The notes under the pieces are model-generated. The model worked only from the letters and a program-made list of their open reading frames with translations, made no database searches and was not told the origin of the DNA. A program made the translations under genes and the position numbers. DNA of 64,000 nt from Vicugna vicugna (lineage: Eukaryota), in the NCBI GenBank assembly GCA_013265495.1, contig MU058636.1, positions 9,688,176 through 9,752,175 of the forward strand, in the 5' to 3' direction. Of the stretch, positions 52,190 to 64,000 are shown one piece after another (the stretch's first letter is position 1; each line of letters begins with the position of its first letter).

Positions 52190-52380
52190 ACCGTGATTTT
52201 ACAGTGCTCTCTGGTTTATAAGCCATTTTTCACAGACGCTAATTCATTTGATATTTGCAAAAATACTAGAAGACAAACCAAGTGGATGTTACTTTTCTGT
52301 TTCATAAATTAAGAAAGAAGTAGAAAGGTTAAAGGATTTTCTATTTTAGGTCACACAATCTGGAAAAGGAGACTTAAAAC
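52190..52380 (-). mobile_element. MIR SINE (degenerate)
   Basis: acagtgctctctggtttataagccatttttcacagacgctaattcatttgat...aggtcacacaat. Confidence 0.55.
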
Positions 52381-53929
52381 CCTTGGTTTATGATAATTTT
52401 CAATATCTTTTACTCCTCTTAGGTGCCAGAGATTTTTTAATCAGTTCACTAAATTTGTCTTTACTGTCTAAGCCATGTTGCTTAAAATCCCAATACTCTG
52501 ATTTTTCAAGGATTGCAGTGTTAGTGTAGAAATAAAACTGTGACCAGTCTGTTGGGTTGTGAGTCTAGGTGTGAAAGATTTGACAGTGTGGTAAAACTCA
52601 ACCTAAATGCAAACCAACTGACTTAATAGAGAGATAGGGAATTTCTGTTTCCAAGTTTATGATGGAATGAAGAATTAGTAGCTAACTCTTTTTTTTTCCA
52701 TGCAGACAGTACTGAATTTTTTACCTAAATTACCCTTTAATAATTCCTGAGTCTTTTTGTACAATAAGCCCACTCTTCTGGCCTCAACGTTTGGTCTCAG
52801 TATAGACCCCAGAATCAAACAGAGCTGTGCAGAGTCCTTTCCTGGGGGTCACGGGCAGAGGGAGACCCAGTCTTCTCCAATGGATAAGTCTGTAATGGGT
52901 ACATTTCTGGAGCCATGGTTCTCATCACCTGGATTCCAGCGCAGAAGACTACAGAGATTGAGAAAGGAAAGAGGGGACAGGTGGGGAGAAAGAAAGAGGC
53001 AAAGGGGGAGAGACAGAGACAGAGACAAAGATAAAGAGAAATCTGAAGTAAGGCTTTGGGAGAAGAGACAAGAATCAGAGGCGGTCCTGACAGATTTCCA
53101 AAGCCTGGTTCCAGGGCCTTCCTGGGGACGTGTGGTATCCCTGCCCTTGGATCTGGGAGACAGCCCTGAAGCCTTATTAATATATGAACTTGGATTTAAT
53201 GTGCTTAACATCACCTTTCAATCCAACTGAAACAATTGTTCAAAGTAACTGCCTTCTCAGGCAGAGCATTTCACGTTCAGCGCTTTAATCGACGCCATGT
53301 GTCATAAACACAGTGAAGCATTGATGTAATTATGTGAAGGACAGAATGGAAATTACAAGGAGGAAATGCGGTCTGGTGGCTGGGTTGGCAAACTAAATGT
53401 CAGGAGTTTTGTGTCTGTTTTTGACACGACTCTGAGGAGACACTCAGTCTCAGACTCTCCGCTGTCACCTCCAGAGCCCAAGAGACTAGGTCTGAGTCCT
53501 GCTTAGATGAGCATAGCTGCTGATACTCTGGGACCCTCCTCAGGGTAAGAAGATGCCCCAACAGAGTGAAATGTCAGTTTCACAGTTGCCCAAACTTCCT
53601 TGTCTACAAAGCAGAACAGTGTAAGTCATGCTTGATGGGGCCAGTTTCAATTATGGGAATCAAAGTCAAGCTACTATTTAATCTTGTGACATGGCTACCA
53701 GCTCAACCCAGAGGAAACACGGTGTGGTGGGGTAGACAGTTGTTCCCGGGTATTTGAGTAGAGAGACAAGTGCTCGTTTTTGTTTTCTGCTTTGTTTTAA
53801 ATTCTGCCTTTCTGTTTCCATGGGGCAGTCACTAGTCTTTCCAAACCATGATGTGGCAACACTCTTTAGTCCCAAATCCTTTATGTTTTCTATTAGGATT
53901 TTTTGATTGGCTTTAAAAGCCATCACACG

Positions 53930-56355
53930 ATCCCACTTACATATGACGTGATTGTCTATGAGGAAAATCCCCCCCAAAGTAAAATATTTACATGTAAATT
54001 TTTTTTTTAAAAAATGTGCAGGATCTGTATCCTGAGAGTTATAAAATGCTGATAAGAGAAATCCAAAGATACCTAAATTCAATGGAAAGTTATACTGTGC
54101 TCATTGATGGGAAAATCTAATATAGTAAAGCTATCAATTCTCCCTAAATTGATTTATAGGTTTAATGTAATTCCTATCAAAATACTAGCAAAGTTTTTGT
54201 AGACATAGATGACCTTATTCTAAACTTACGATGCAAACCCTAGAATAGATATCTTGACAAAGAAGATTAAAGACAGAAGAACCACTGGACCCCTTATTAA
54301 GGCTCACCGTGGAGTGATAGGGGTCAAGACAATGTGGTATGACAGATGGACCGTGGAACAGAACAGAAAACCAGATAAAGACCCACGTAAATGTGCTCCT
54401 TTGATTTCTTTGAGAAGAGTTCAAAAGCAGTTCAACACAGGAGAGCCATTTCAAGAAGTGTTGTCGGAGCGATCGGACATCTGTAGGTTAAAAAAACTGA
54501 ACCTCAACATAAAGCTCACACGTTATACAAAAATTAATTCCAAGTGACTTAAAAATGAAGTGTAAAATTGTAAAGATTTTAGAAAAAAAAAAACGGAGGA
54601 GAAAAAGCTTCAGGATCTAAAGATAGGCCAAAAGTTCTTAGTCTTGGTGCCAAAAGCATGATTCGTAAAAATAAAACTGATAAAATGGGCTTCATCAAAA
54701 TTGAAAAGTTTTGCTCTGTGAAAGACCCTGTAGGGAGGAAAACACAGGGTACAGACTAGGGAAGGATGTTTGCAAACCACATGTTGACAAAGGACTAGTA
54801 TCCTGACTGCATAAAGTACTCTTAAAACTCAGTGGCGAAAAAACAAATAACTCAGTTAGAAAATATGCAAAAGACAGGAGCAGACACTTCACCACAGGGG
54901 GTTTACGGGCAAGTGCACGTATGACAAGACAGGCAGCGTCAGTAGTTATTAGGGAAATGACAATTAAAACCCAAATGAGGTATCACTACATACCTACCAG
55001 AATGGCTAAAATTAAAAAAAAAAAAGTGACAAAACCCAATGATGGAGATGAGGCTGGGTCATCTGGACATTACTGGTGGGAATTTTAAATGAGGAGCCAC
55101 TCTGGAAAACAGTTTGGCAGTTCCTTATAAAATGAAATACTCAATTACCATTTGACCCAGCAATCGCAGCCTTTGGCCTTTATCCCTGAGAAATGCAATC
55201 TATTTTCATACCCAAACCCATACATGAATGTTTATAGCAGCTTGATTTGTAATAACCCCACAGGGGGAACAACCCAAGTGCTCTTTGGTAAGAAAATGCA
55301 TAAACAAATGGTGGTGCGTCTGCACCGTGGACTGCTTACTACTCAGCCGTAAGAAGGAGCAGACCATCGACTCACACGGCAGCTTGGGTAAATCTCAAGG
55401 AAATTATGCTGAGGGGAAAGAAATCCAATACGCTAAAAGGTTACATGCTGAATTAGTTTTATGTTGCTGCTACAACAGATTGCCACAAATTGAGTGGCTT
55501 AACCAGCACAAATTTATTATCTTATAGCTCAGGCAGTTAGGAATCCAAAATCAGGCTTTAAAACTTTAAAAAAGTCGAAGTATTGGCAGGGTTGGTTTCT
55601 TCCAGAGACTCTGTGGGAAAATCCATTTCCTTGACTTTTTTAGCTTCTAGAGAATGTCTACATCCCTTGGCTTGTGGCCCTTTCCTTGTATCCCCCCAAC
55701 CTCTGCCTTCATCATCACCCCTCCTATTACTGTATCCCTGACCTCTTGCCTCCCTCTTATCAGAACTTTTATGATTATACTGGACTCATGCAGATAATCC
55801 ATGATAACCTCCTTCTCTCAAGATCCTTAACACGATCACATCTGCAAAGTATCTTACACTGTGTCGGCTAATGTATTCACAGGTTTAAGGAACTGGGATG
55901 TGAACGTCTTTGGGAGACCATTATTCAGCCCCTCACATATACTGCTTGATTTGATTTATACAAAATTTTTAAGTGAAAAAAAATCACAGAACTGGAGAAC
56001 AGATTAGTGGTTGCCAGGGTGAAGGGGAGAGGGTTGCAGATAAAGGAGCAACACAAGGGATGTAATTTGACTTCTCCGTATCTTGACTGTGGTGGTACAG
56101 ACACATCTATACATAAGTGAATTGCACGGAACTAAATATGCACACAAACACAAATAAGTATAAATAAAACTGGGACCACTTGAACAAGATGATGCATTGC
56201 ATCAATGTTAATGTTCTGGTTGTGATATTGACCTGTATGGCTTTTGCAAGATGTTATGACTGAAGGAAACTAGGTAAAGATTGTGTGGAATCTCTTTGTA
56301 TTTCTTGTAACTGCAAGTCAGTCTATGATTATCTCAAAATAGAAAGTTTAAAAAA
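53930..56355 (+). mobile_element. L1 3' portion (ORF2 C-terminal half and 3' UTR, L1MC-like), interrupted by an MLT1 LTR
   Basis: ORF2 remnants (ORF 54254-54547 ...VKTMWY...LTRYTKINSK). 3' end ctgcaagtcagtctatgattatctcaaaatagaaagtttaaaaaa. Confidence 0.9.
55449..55937 (-). mobile_element. MaLR solo LTR (MLT1C/D-like) nested in L1 3' UTR
   Basis: TG...CA ends. tgaattagttttatgttgctgctacaacagattgccacaaattgagtggctta...ctcaagatccttaac...cattattcagcccctcaca. Degenerate 5-bp TSD catgc/tatac. The L1 sequence resumes in register. Confidence 0.9.
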
Positions 56356-56424
56356 GCAAAACAAAAACCCCAGAAAGTCAGAGTTACTATTCTAGAAATG
56401 TAATAATACGTTAGGTTGGATCCC

Positions 56425-56595
56425 AGACCCCGCTGGTAGTCAGAATTATTTGGGAGGGGGACGGTTGTAAGAACACAGACTCCTTGACTCCATCTCACAC
56501 CTACTTGATTAGAATTTTGCAGGATAAAAGCTAGGCATCTCCATCCTTAAAAACTTTCCAGGTGATTTGTTATCAACTAGGTTTAGAAAGCACTG
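56425..56595. mobile_element. MER5-type hAT MITE
   Basis: cagaattatttgggag...cacagactcc...ctaggcatctccatccttaaaaactttccaggtgatt...ggtttagaaagcactg. Confidence 0.7.
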
Positions 56596-57004
56596 TATTG
56601 TATGATATATTGCTTTTCGTCAAACGGTTTTGCCCGTGGTACTTTCTGTTTATATAAAATTTCAAGAAGTACGTACGTCCTTCGAACCAAGATGATAGTA
56701 AGACTAGACAGTCTCTCCATGTATATTCTTCAGGTGGAGTTCTGAGTGAGATTAAGGAAAAACTGAGTAAGAGTGGGAGAAACTTGAGTCTAACAATTGT
56801 CAGTTTGACAATTCATGTCTGAATTAACCTGCGAGAAAGAGGGTGCTTTTGAGATTCTCTCTATCAGGGAGGAGGCTGTTCTTTGGAGGAGCCCCCTAGC
56901 AGGGTACAGGTGACAGGTGTGACATAAAAAGGGGACATACTGATTGGAGATACTCTGCCTGCTGCTTTGGATGTGCAGTTTGCTTTAAAAATGGATAATC
57001 CAGT

Positions 57005-57160
57005 GGGGAGGGTATAGCTCAGTGATAGAGTGAATGCTTAGCACATATGAGGTCCTGGGTTCAATCCCCAGTACCTCCATTAGTAAATAAATAAACCCTA
57101 ATTACCTACCCCCCTCAAAAGAAACAAAACAAAACAAAATTTTTAAAGAAGAAAAAAATA
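57005..57160 (+). mobile_element. tRNA-derived SINE, camelid Vic-1-like
   Basis: ggggagggtatagctcagtgatagagtgaatgcttagcacatatgaggtcctgggttcaatccccagtacctcca, then aaataaataaaccctaattacct and an A-rich tail. Homologous to the copy at 22939-23066. Confidence 0.9.
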
Positions 57161-57899
57161 TATATATAGAAGAACAACAACAACAAACAGAGAACTCTTA
57201 TGTTACTGTGCATGACTGAAGATCTTAGTTGTAGCTTTGAGAGTCAGGATATGATGGGAACCTTCATTTTAAGTAGCCAAATTGGTGGGAAAACCAAAAT
57301 GGCCAGATACAGAGACTGGAGAAGAGACTAGATTAAATGGCAATTCAAAGGGTAAAGGTAACTTTAAAGTGTGTGAGTTGAAAAAAAAAATTTTTGAGTG
57401 CATTTGGGTGGGAGCCAATAGAAATGCCTCTTAAAAGATAATGTGTCTACTGGGCTTGTCTGACATAAATAGGTGTTGTGCAAGTCAAGGGGAGAACCCT
57501 CCCATCTGTGAGCTGACACTAGCCCAGTTCAGTTAATTGAGAAATTATTAATCTGGAAACTTTCCCTAAAGAGCAGGGCCTGTGTCCCATTCACAAATTT
57601 AATTAAAAAAAAAAAAAACCCTGACCTGATGGAAGTAAATTAAGACACACAGGCAGTTAAAACGAGATGCTGTGGAAGGAGGTAGTGTATCACGTTCCTA
57701 CACAAGAAGCTTGGGTGTTGACTGATGGCCAGCCCTAAGCCAGCTGTTACTCTCCTGGGTGCCGTTCACGTCCCCACTCCTCTCAGCATGAGAGGTCTAA
57801 GATCCGAGATCAACACAGCCAAGATCTGGAACTTCACCAGAAAAATTTGTGAGATGGGATTATATATCCTGTTACCCACCTTGGGCAGCATTTACCCAA

Positions 57900-59500
57900 T
57901 GTTTCCAAGGATGGATAGAATAAGTCTTATCATAGTGACCCCGTTCCTGCCTAAATCCCTCTGTATGCAGAGGCAGCCAACTCTGCAAAGAGAACATGCT
58001 CTCCCTCGCCCATCAGATACTCATCACTTAGTGAACAGGCTCCCTGCTTTGGTACCATTTTCCTAGAGCTGTGGCCTCTGCAGGTAGCATTGTAATCGCC
58101 GGCCATGTAGGGAAAGAAACCAAGACTTCTGCCAGCAATACTTGTGAAGAGATTCAGTGACATTGCATAATACTTACTGTGGGAACTTAATGGGTTCTGG
58201 GACCTTAGTTTACCGTAATATGTCAGCCACAGGGAATGGAATATTTTTGATGTTCTTTTTATTAAAAAAATTTTCTTATAATATGCGGTAGCCAGAGTTC
58301 TTGAGGAGGAAGCTGTTGTTAGTTTATTGGGCTATTGAAGAAAATGGAGACAGTGTTTGGGTGGAAGCCAGCGGAAGGGCACACCTCTTGAAAGATAAGT
58401 TAAGACTACCGGGCATCGCTAAGGGAAGCGGGTGAGTATGAATGGAGATGATAGTCTGCAGCCCGTGAGCAGAGCCTCTCACAGTCAGTGCAGGGCTGGG
58501 GAGGCCTTCAGAGGTTGGGGAGGAAGCAGTCTTCTCACAGTGGAGCCTGGGCTTGGAACCTGCGCATTTTAGAGAGCGACTGTCTCTGGGGGGCAAGTAT
58601 GATGCTCTTGATTCTAGCCCTTGACAACGAATGAATCCAGACTTCAGCAACAGAGATGCGACTTCCTTGGCCAGAGTCATCTCACTCTCTGCCCTGTGCT
58701 CTTCCAAGCCCTCCCTTGGACACTCTCAACACACTTGTCTGCACCAAATCACTTGTCTAGCCCCGAAACACTGCAAGAATCCAGCATCTCAAACTCTAAT
58801 GCCTAGTCTGTAATGCCTTCCAGTTTTTTTTAGTATTTCTTCACATAACGCTCTGGATTAGACCCCCCTGATCTTTGGGGCATATGCCTTTTGTGCACTG
58901 CTCACTGGCACACCCACGTCAGAACATGCTAGAGTGGAGGGGTGAACCTCTAGTCAGTTAGCTGAAAGGGGTAAATGGTTCAGGGACTGTTGGATCTGTC
59001 TACAATTTCCTACAGGTGAGCAACTCATACAATACGGTACTTAAAATTCCGATACTATTCTCCGCAGGAGCTTAATAAACATTTTGGGAGCTAAGCCAAC
59101 ACGACTCTCCCAATACCTGCCCTTTCAAATCAAAGGGATAAAGGCCAAGATTGTTCCTCTACAGTTTTATTGTTAGCTTTTCTTTTCCCGGGTCAGGGAC
59201 TTTCCTTTGGCCTAAGAAGCTCAACCCGATACCATCACCCCAGGCTCACTTTTCCTGACCAACATCCGTACCTGGTCCCTTGGGTGTGAGATAACCTTTG
59301 ATCAATTCAGTGAAAACTTGGCTGCGATCTGAAACACTTGTGAATACAAGGATTGTATCCCATCCACCTGGCCTTTTTACTATAGGATTAATGTGTTGAA
59401 ATAAGGCTGGAGATCCCAGGACAAAGATCAGATTTACGATAAACACTATAATTTATTCCTCCCTGGAGACTTCTCATAGACCGGGTATTCTGTTGCTCTG
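57900..59500 (-). mobile_element. Highly decayed ERVL-like (class III) internal pro/pol remnant
   Basis: Minus-strand motifs in colinear order: protease-like IVKRPGG..LVFTS (about 59335-59385), VVLA*LPKCLL (59073-59105), RT N-terminal FNSPI (about 58325-58339), YYKK (cf. DYRKLN) and KYYA (about 58164-58175). Read by eye; boundaries uncertain. Confidence 0.45.
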
Positions 59501-60184
59501 GTGTTTTCATTCCATGTCAGTAGCAGAGGCAGAAAATTAAATGGAGTCTCAGCGACACCTCCAGCCCCCAGCTAGTTCTCACCTCCAACTCCATACTGCC
59601 AGTAAATGGCTGGGTTACGTATCACTACTGTAGCCAGGAGCGCCTGAGGGTAGATACTTGCATTCTGAAGGTACTTGCATTTCCAAATGTTTCTGTCAGA
59701 TCTTCTTTGTAAATCCTTTATGGAACAGCCCTGTGAGGGGGTGTGAGAAACACGTCTTTTGAAGGATGGAATATCACCCTTTGCGTGTGCAATGTCTCCA
59801 CGGGTGTAATGGTATGCACCTGCGGACACATGCTTTCGAAATCTGATCATGGCATTCTCTCTGGGATTTGTCACTCTAGCTTATGTGAGGTCCACGTTGA
59901 TGGCACCCTTGAAAGATACACAGTACCAGACCAGCGGGTGGAGCCCAGGCCACGGCGAGGCCACCACACCTGGCCTGCTTTACTCAGACTACCTCGCACC
60001 GCTCCTTGCCCAAACCGTCTGGGCCTTGGCCTGCCCCTAGTGCCCTCACACACATGCCATTTTCCCACTTCTCTTTTTCTCTTGTATTATTTCATCTTCA
60101 CTTTGCCCTTTTCCCAATGTGAATTACACCACCTTAGCCCCCAAGTGCCAGATCCTCCCCACCATCAACACCCCATTCAGGTTC

Positions 60185-60690
60185 TCCTTCCTCATTCATC
60201 CAATACACGCTTATTGGCTGCCTAGTACGTACCAATTGCCATGCTGGGTTTGGGCTACCCAGTGGTGAACAAACAGGCATGCCCTCTGCCCTGAGGAGCT
60301 TATAGCCTCTGGAGGGAGGCAAACAATTACCTGGAAAAGCAAACAAATAAGCAACAAGTAATGAGCAAGGAGACAGAATAATAAGGAGCACCTACTTAGA
60401 GAAGGTGATGACATTTAAGCTAAGACCTGAAAAATAAGGAGAAATCAGGTGTCCTTTGGGAGTGAGCGTGGAGACAGGCACCTGGCGGAAGCATGTGAGG
60501 TGATCTGATGTGTGCTTTAAAAAGCTGCACATTGACCACAGGTGGAGAGGGGACCGGAGTTACAGTGGGGAGGCCAGCAGGTGGGTGCAGAAGTAGTCCG
60601 GAGGGAAAATGATGGAGGAGACATGGCAGTGAAAGGGGCGAGACATGACCATGTAGGATTGGATACAAGATGTGACGAATGAGGAGGAGC
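60185..60690 (-). mobile_element. L2 3' fragment
   Basis: tcattcatccaatacac..., catgccctctgccctgaggagcttatagcct, gaaggtgatgacatttaagctaagacctgaa. Confidence 0.75.
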
Positions 60691-61629
60691 CAAGGATGGA
60701 TCATTCCACCCATTTCAGCCCCTACTTGCCCTTTCAGATTAGTGCCAGGCACCCAATAAAGATCAAAACCTGTTCCTTTTCTATTTTCTTTGAAGACTTA
60801 ACCATTCTAAATGCCCCTTGTTTGGCAGTAACTCAGGTAATACTCTGTGACATCTCTTCCATTGTTTTAATCAAAGATCCTGGAACACACCATCAGATAA
60901 ATACTGAAAAGTGTAATATTCGCCATCGTAGGACACTTTGAGGAAATAATTCTTTCTGTGAGAGCAAGGCCATAATGACAAAAAGGAAGCATCAATTATT
61001 ATTTCTATTTACAATTTTAATATTATCTGGCATTCTGTGCTTGATTAATTACACACTCCGTTTCCAGGGTAATGTTAATTCTGGATTCTTTTCCGACGGT
61101 TCAGGGCATTTCTCAGGCATGACTCTTACTCATGATTGTAGATCAGAAAGCACATGGCAGAACTGCACTGGTGAGGGCTTCTGAGGTCAAGCTGGAGCTG
61201 TGTGTCTTGAACAGATGCCACTTTGCAAGTGGTCAATCAGACATTGTCCCATCAGTCACAGCAGAAGCAGAGGTGTCTGTGCTCACTTGTTGGAGGTCGG
61301 GGGGAGGGGAGGGACAGATCAAGTGCTAAAGGAGGAAGCTGAATGCAGACTGGTGGCCACCATCTGGAGGTCAGGTTGCTCAGCTGTGCTTTTCTGCACA
61401 ACCAGGGGAGGTCTGAGAGCCAAAAGAGGCTGGGTGGTCAAGTGGCTCAGAGAGCGTTCTGAGTGAGGTCCCTCAAGGACAAGTCTTGAGCCTGGAGATT
61501 TTTGAGCAGGAAAGTTTGGGAGAACCACATGTGGGTGACACACTGGAGGGGCTGGGATGAGACAGACACTGAGCTGAAGAAATGTGGGAAAGCCCCAGCT
61601 GTCAGTCATCAATATTAGGGGGGGTAATC

Positions 61630-61770
61630 TTTTTTTTTTTAACTGAAATGTAGTTGATTTACAGTGTTGTGTTACTTTCTGATGTACAGCATAGTGATTC
61701 AGTTATCCCTGTGTGATACCACTTACATGTGGTATCTAAAAACAAAAAAGCAAAAACAACCAAACAAACG
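61630..61770 (-). mobile_element. Short, younger artiodactyl-type L1 3' end with an inverted segment
   Basis: Poly-T followed by aactgaaatgtagttgatttacagtgttgtgttactttctgatgtacagcatagtgattcagttat (antisense L1 terminus), fused to a sense-orientation piece tgtgataccacttacatgtggtatctaaaaac. Confidence 0.75.
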
Positions 61771-61964
61771 ATGAGGGAGTCTTTTGTTAAGAAAAAGATT
61801 GTCTTCATATAAAATCTTCTACTGTATAAACATGTGCAGAAAGTTGTGAAATCAACGTTTAAACATTCTGCCGCACCTAAAATAGCCAAACAACAAACAC
61901 AGGTTATTCAGTTTTTCCACTCTGGAAAAAGCAAACACTGCATCAGTTCAGCCCCTGATGTCAG

Positions 61965-62210
61965 CCTGCGATCACGGGCTCCCTCTGCCCGAGACGGGGC
62001 TGCGGATGAGCGGCTTTGCTGCCGGCCATCCCGGCCCCAGCAAGCGCTCCGGCCTGCCGCCCGCTGCGGCGAAGAGCGCGTCTCGGCCGCCAGGGCTGAG
62101 CCAGCTGACGGCCAGTGCGGCTGCCGCGTAAGCCCCACGGCGGCGGGGACAGCCACTCAGGCCCCGCCCCTGTCCGGCGCTGGCAGCCCCCGGACCAGTG
62201 AGAGCGGCTG
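61965..62210. promoter_or_regulatory. Orphan CpG-dense patch with a GC box
   Basis: About 30 CpGs in about 245 bp (hand count). GCCCCGCCCC at 62161-62170. Sharply bounded by AT-rich DNA. Confidence 0.55.
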
Positions 62211-62900
62211 TGTTTTGCTGCCCTTATCCAGCTCACCCCAGGACAGACGTATGCCCCTTTATTTTTTCAAGTACTAAAATGAAAATCAATATTGCCCGTC
62301 AAAAACCTCAGTCCCCAGAGATACATGTACTGGGCTATCATCTTCCTGCACATGTTGGAAAGAAACCAAAGTGATCAGGGGACCTTCCTGAGTTAGGAGT
62401 TTCCTAATGATAAGAGTCAGTTACAATAGTAAAACGATTTTTTTTTAAACCAGTCTATTTGTAGGATTCCCTTTTCTTATTATGTTGATACATTTTTTTT
62501 TTTTACAACGGAGACTGCCAAGAAAATTCATTAGTGTAATTCAGTTCTTTACTCTAAAGCATTATTTATGTGTTTTTCCTGGCAAACTCACCGAATGTTG
62601 ATCACCTCTATTCTTTAAGTTTCAAAAGGAAATACTTTTGTTTCTCCCATGGCTTTTGTAAAAGTGATATTGTGATGGATCCTCAGGCTGGATTTCGGTT
62701 TGAGTAGCTCTTGCTTTTTTGTCCAGATGAGTTTCCCGAATTGGCATTCCTTTTAAGTTTCTTACAGGAACCATCCAATCAGGGTGCTGTTTGGGCTGAA
62801 GTTGTATAAGACTGAAACCATATAACAGATCATTAACCTGGGCAGGTGTGGCTGCTCTGGGACTTGTGAGCTGTTATAAAATAAGAAAAAAAATGCTTCT

Positions 62901-63010
62901 GGGGGAGTGGATACGGCTCCCTGGTAGAGTGCATGCTTAGCATGCACGAGGTCCTGGAGTCAATCCCTAGAATCTCCATTAAAAAAATTTAATTTAATTT
63001 AAAAAAGAAA
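62901..63010 (+). mobile_element. tRNA-derived SINE, camelid Vic-1-like (short-tail variant)
   Basis: gggggagtggatacggctccctggtagagtgcatgcttagcatgcacgaggtcctggagtcaatccctagaatctccattaaaaaaa. Confidence 0.85.
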
Positions 63011-63046
63011 AAGAGCCTATGCATATTAAAAAAGAAGCCCTTCCTT

Positions 63047-63113
<67 letters not shown>

Positions 63114-63287
63114 GAAAGAAAGAGAGAGAGAGAGAAAGAAAGAGAGAGAAAGAAAGAAATAAAGAAAGAAAGAAAGAAAGAGAAAGGGAGAGAGAAAGAG
63201 AGAGAGAAAGAAAGGAAGGAAGGAAGGAAGAAAGAAGGAAAGAAAGAAAGAAGGAAAGAAAGAAAGAAGGAAAGAAAGAAAGAAGGA

Positions 63288-63343
<56 letters not shown>

Positions 63344-63347
63344 AAAG
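63047..63347. repeat. Compound (GAAA)n/(GA)n/(GGAA)n microsatellite, about 300 bp
   Basis: All purines except one T at 63160. Confidence 0.98.
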
Positions 63348-63574
63348 CTTCCAACTCCCATGCTAGGGCTCGCCCACATTTCACTTCTCTTAGGGACCAG
63401 GTGACTGTCAGGAGTCCGTGAACAAGACGGTGCTGTGCACCACGGCTCCTGCAGCGTCACGCACACCTGCAGGGCAGCACTGGTGCCCTTGAAGGTGGAC
63501 GTGTTCTCACGTGTTTGTCTCGCCGTGAGGGTTGAGGCAATATGCCAGAAGGACAGCGCTGGGCTCAAATCCCT

Positions 63575-63750
63575 TTGGGCCACATTTTAGTCCTGAGACA
63601 CAGATTGAGCCACATCACCTCTCTGAGTCTCCCTTTTCTCCCTTGTTAAAAAGGTGAGAGTAATACTGTCCCAGGGTTGAATAGGAATACATGTGTATTT
63701 ACCTGCTATATATATTAGGTGCTTAAGAAATAAGAACGTCTACAGCTAGT
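63575..63750 (+). mobile_element. MIR SINE
   Basis: cacatcacctctctgagtctcccttttctcccttgttaaaaaggtgagagtaatactgtcccagggttg. Confidence 0.6.
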
Positions 63751-64000
63751 TTTCAGACTGTTATTTATCTTATAGTAATCGGTGCTTAGCCCTGTACCTG
63801 CCCTTCATACGGGATGCAATAAATGTATGTTAAAAAATAAATTGATTAAAAAAAAGGATGAAGAGTCAGAAAGGTTTTGAGAAGGAGGTTTGTCAGGAAG
63901 ACACTCCATTCTCTTTCCCCCAGTCAGCATCCCTTGTTCAAGTTCCTAACACTCCACCCAGCTGTCCAGGGTTTGTACGGAATTAGCACGGAGGTGGGGG

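Noticed and set aside
52757..53230. 157-aa ORF with an RD/RE-rich stretch
   Set aside because: It derives from a GA-rich low-complexity tract, probably within an old MaLR-like LTR, and I recognise no homology.
57005..57077. tRNA gene (also 62901-62975 and about 22990-23066)
   Set aside because: The tRNA-like head runs into a SINE tail and A-rich end, the stems are broken, and one copy has a TSD. These are SINEs.
61834..62277. 147-aa ORF across the CpG patch
   Set aside because: Low-complexity Ala/Arg/Pro composition, GTG start, and open frames on both strands, all expected from high GC.
62989..63583. Long minus-strand ORFs of 131 and 185 aa (FLSF repeats)
   Set aside because: They are translations of the (TTTC)n microsatellite.

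Overview
Mammalian genomic DNA, most likely camelid, judged from three copies of a tRNA-derived SINE resembling camelid Vic-1. The window starts in the last intron of COG6 and contains its terminal coding exon (2038-2185, + strand) and about 1.4 kb of 3' UTR. The remaining ~60 kb is gene-free and made of old L1s, L2s, MIRs, MaLR LTRs, DNA-transposon MITEs, a decayed ERVL-like pro/pol remnant and microsatellites. It also holds a full-length, frameshifted RPL23A processed pseudogene with 16-bp target-site duplications. Almost all ORFs in the supplied track are spurious or L1-derived. I see no convincing new protein-coding system. The most notable observations are: (1) a three-level nested insertion, in which an unexplained ~115-bp tandem array sits inside L1 ORF2 and was itself hit by the RPL23A retrocopy; (2) patches of AT-to-GC skew, including amino-acid changes in the COG6 exon, suggesting GC-biased gene conversion; (3) an L1 lacking ORF2; (4) compact lymphocyte-type motif clusters and an orphan CpG-dense patch. 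Repeat subfamily names and comparisons with human or consensus sequences are from memory and need RepeatMasker/alignment confirmation.
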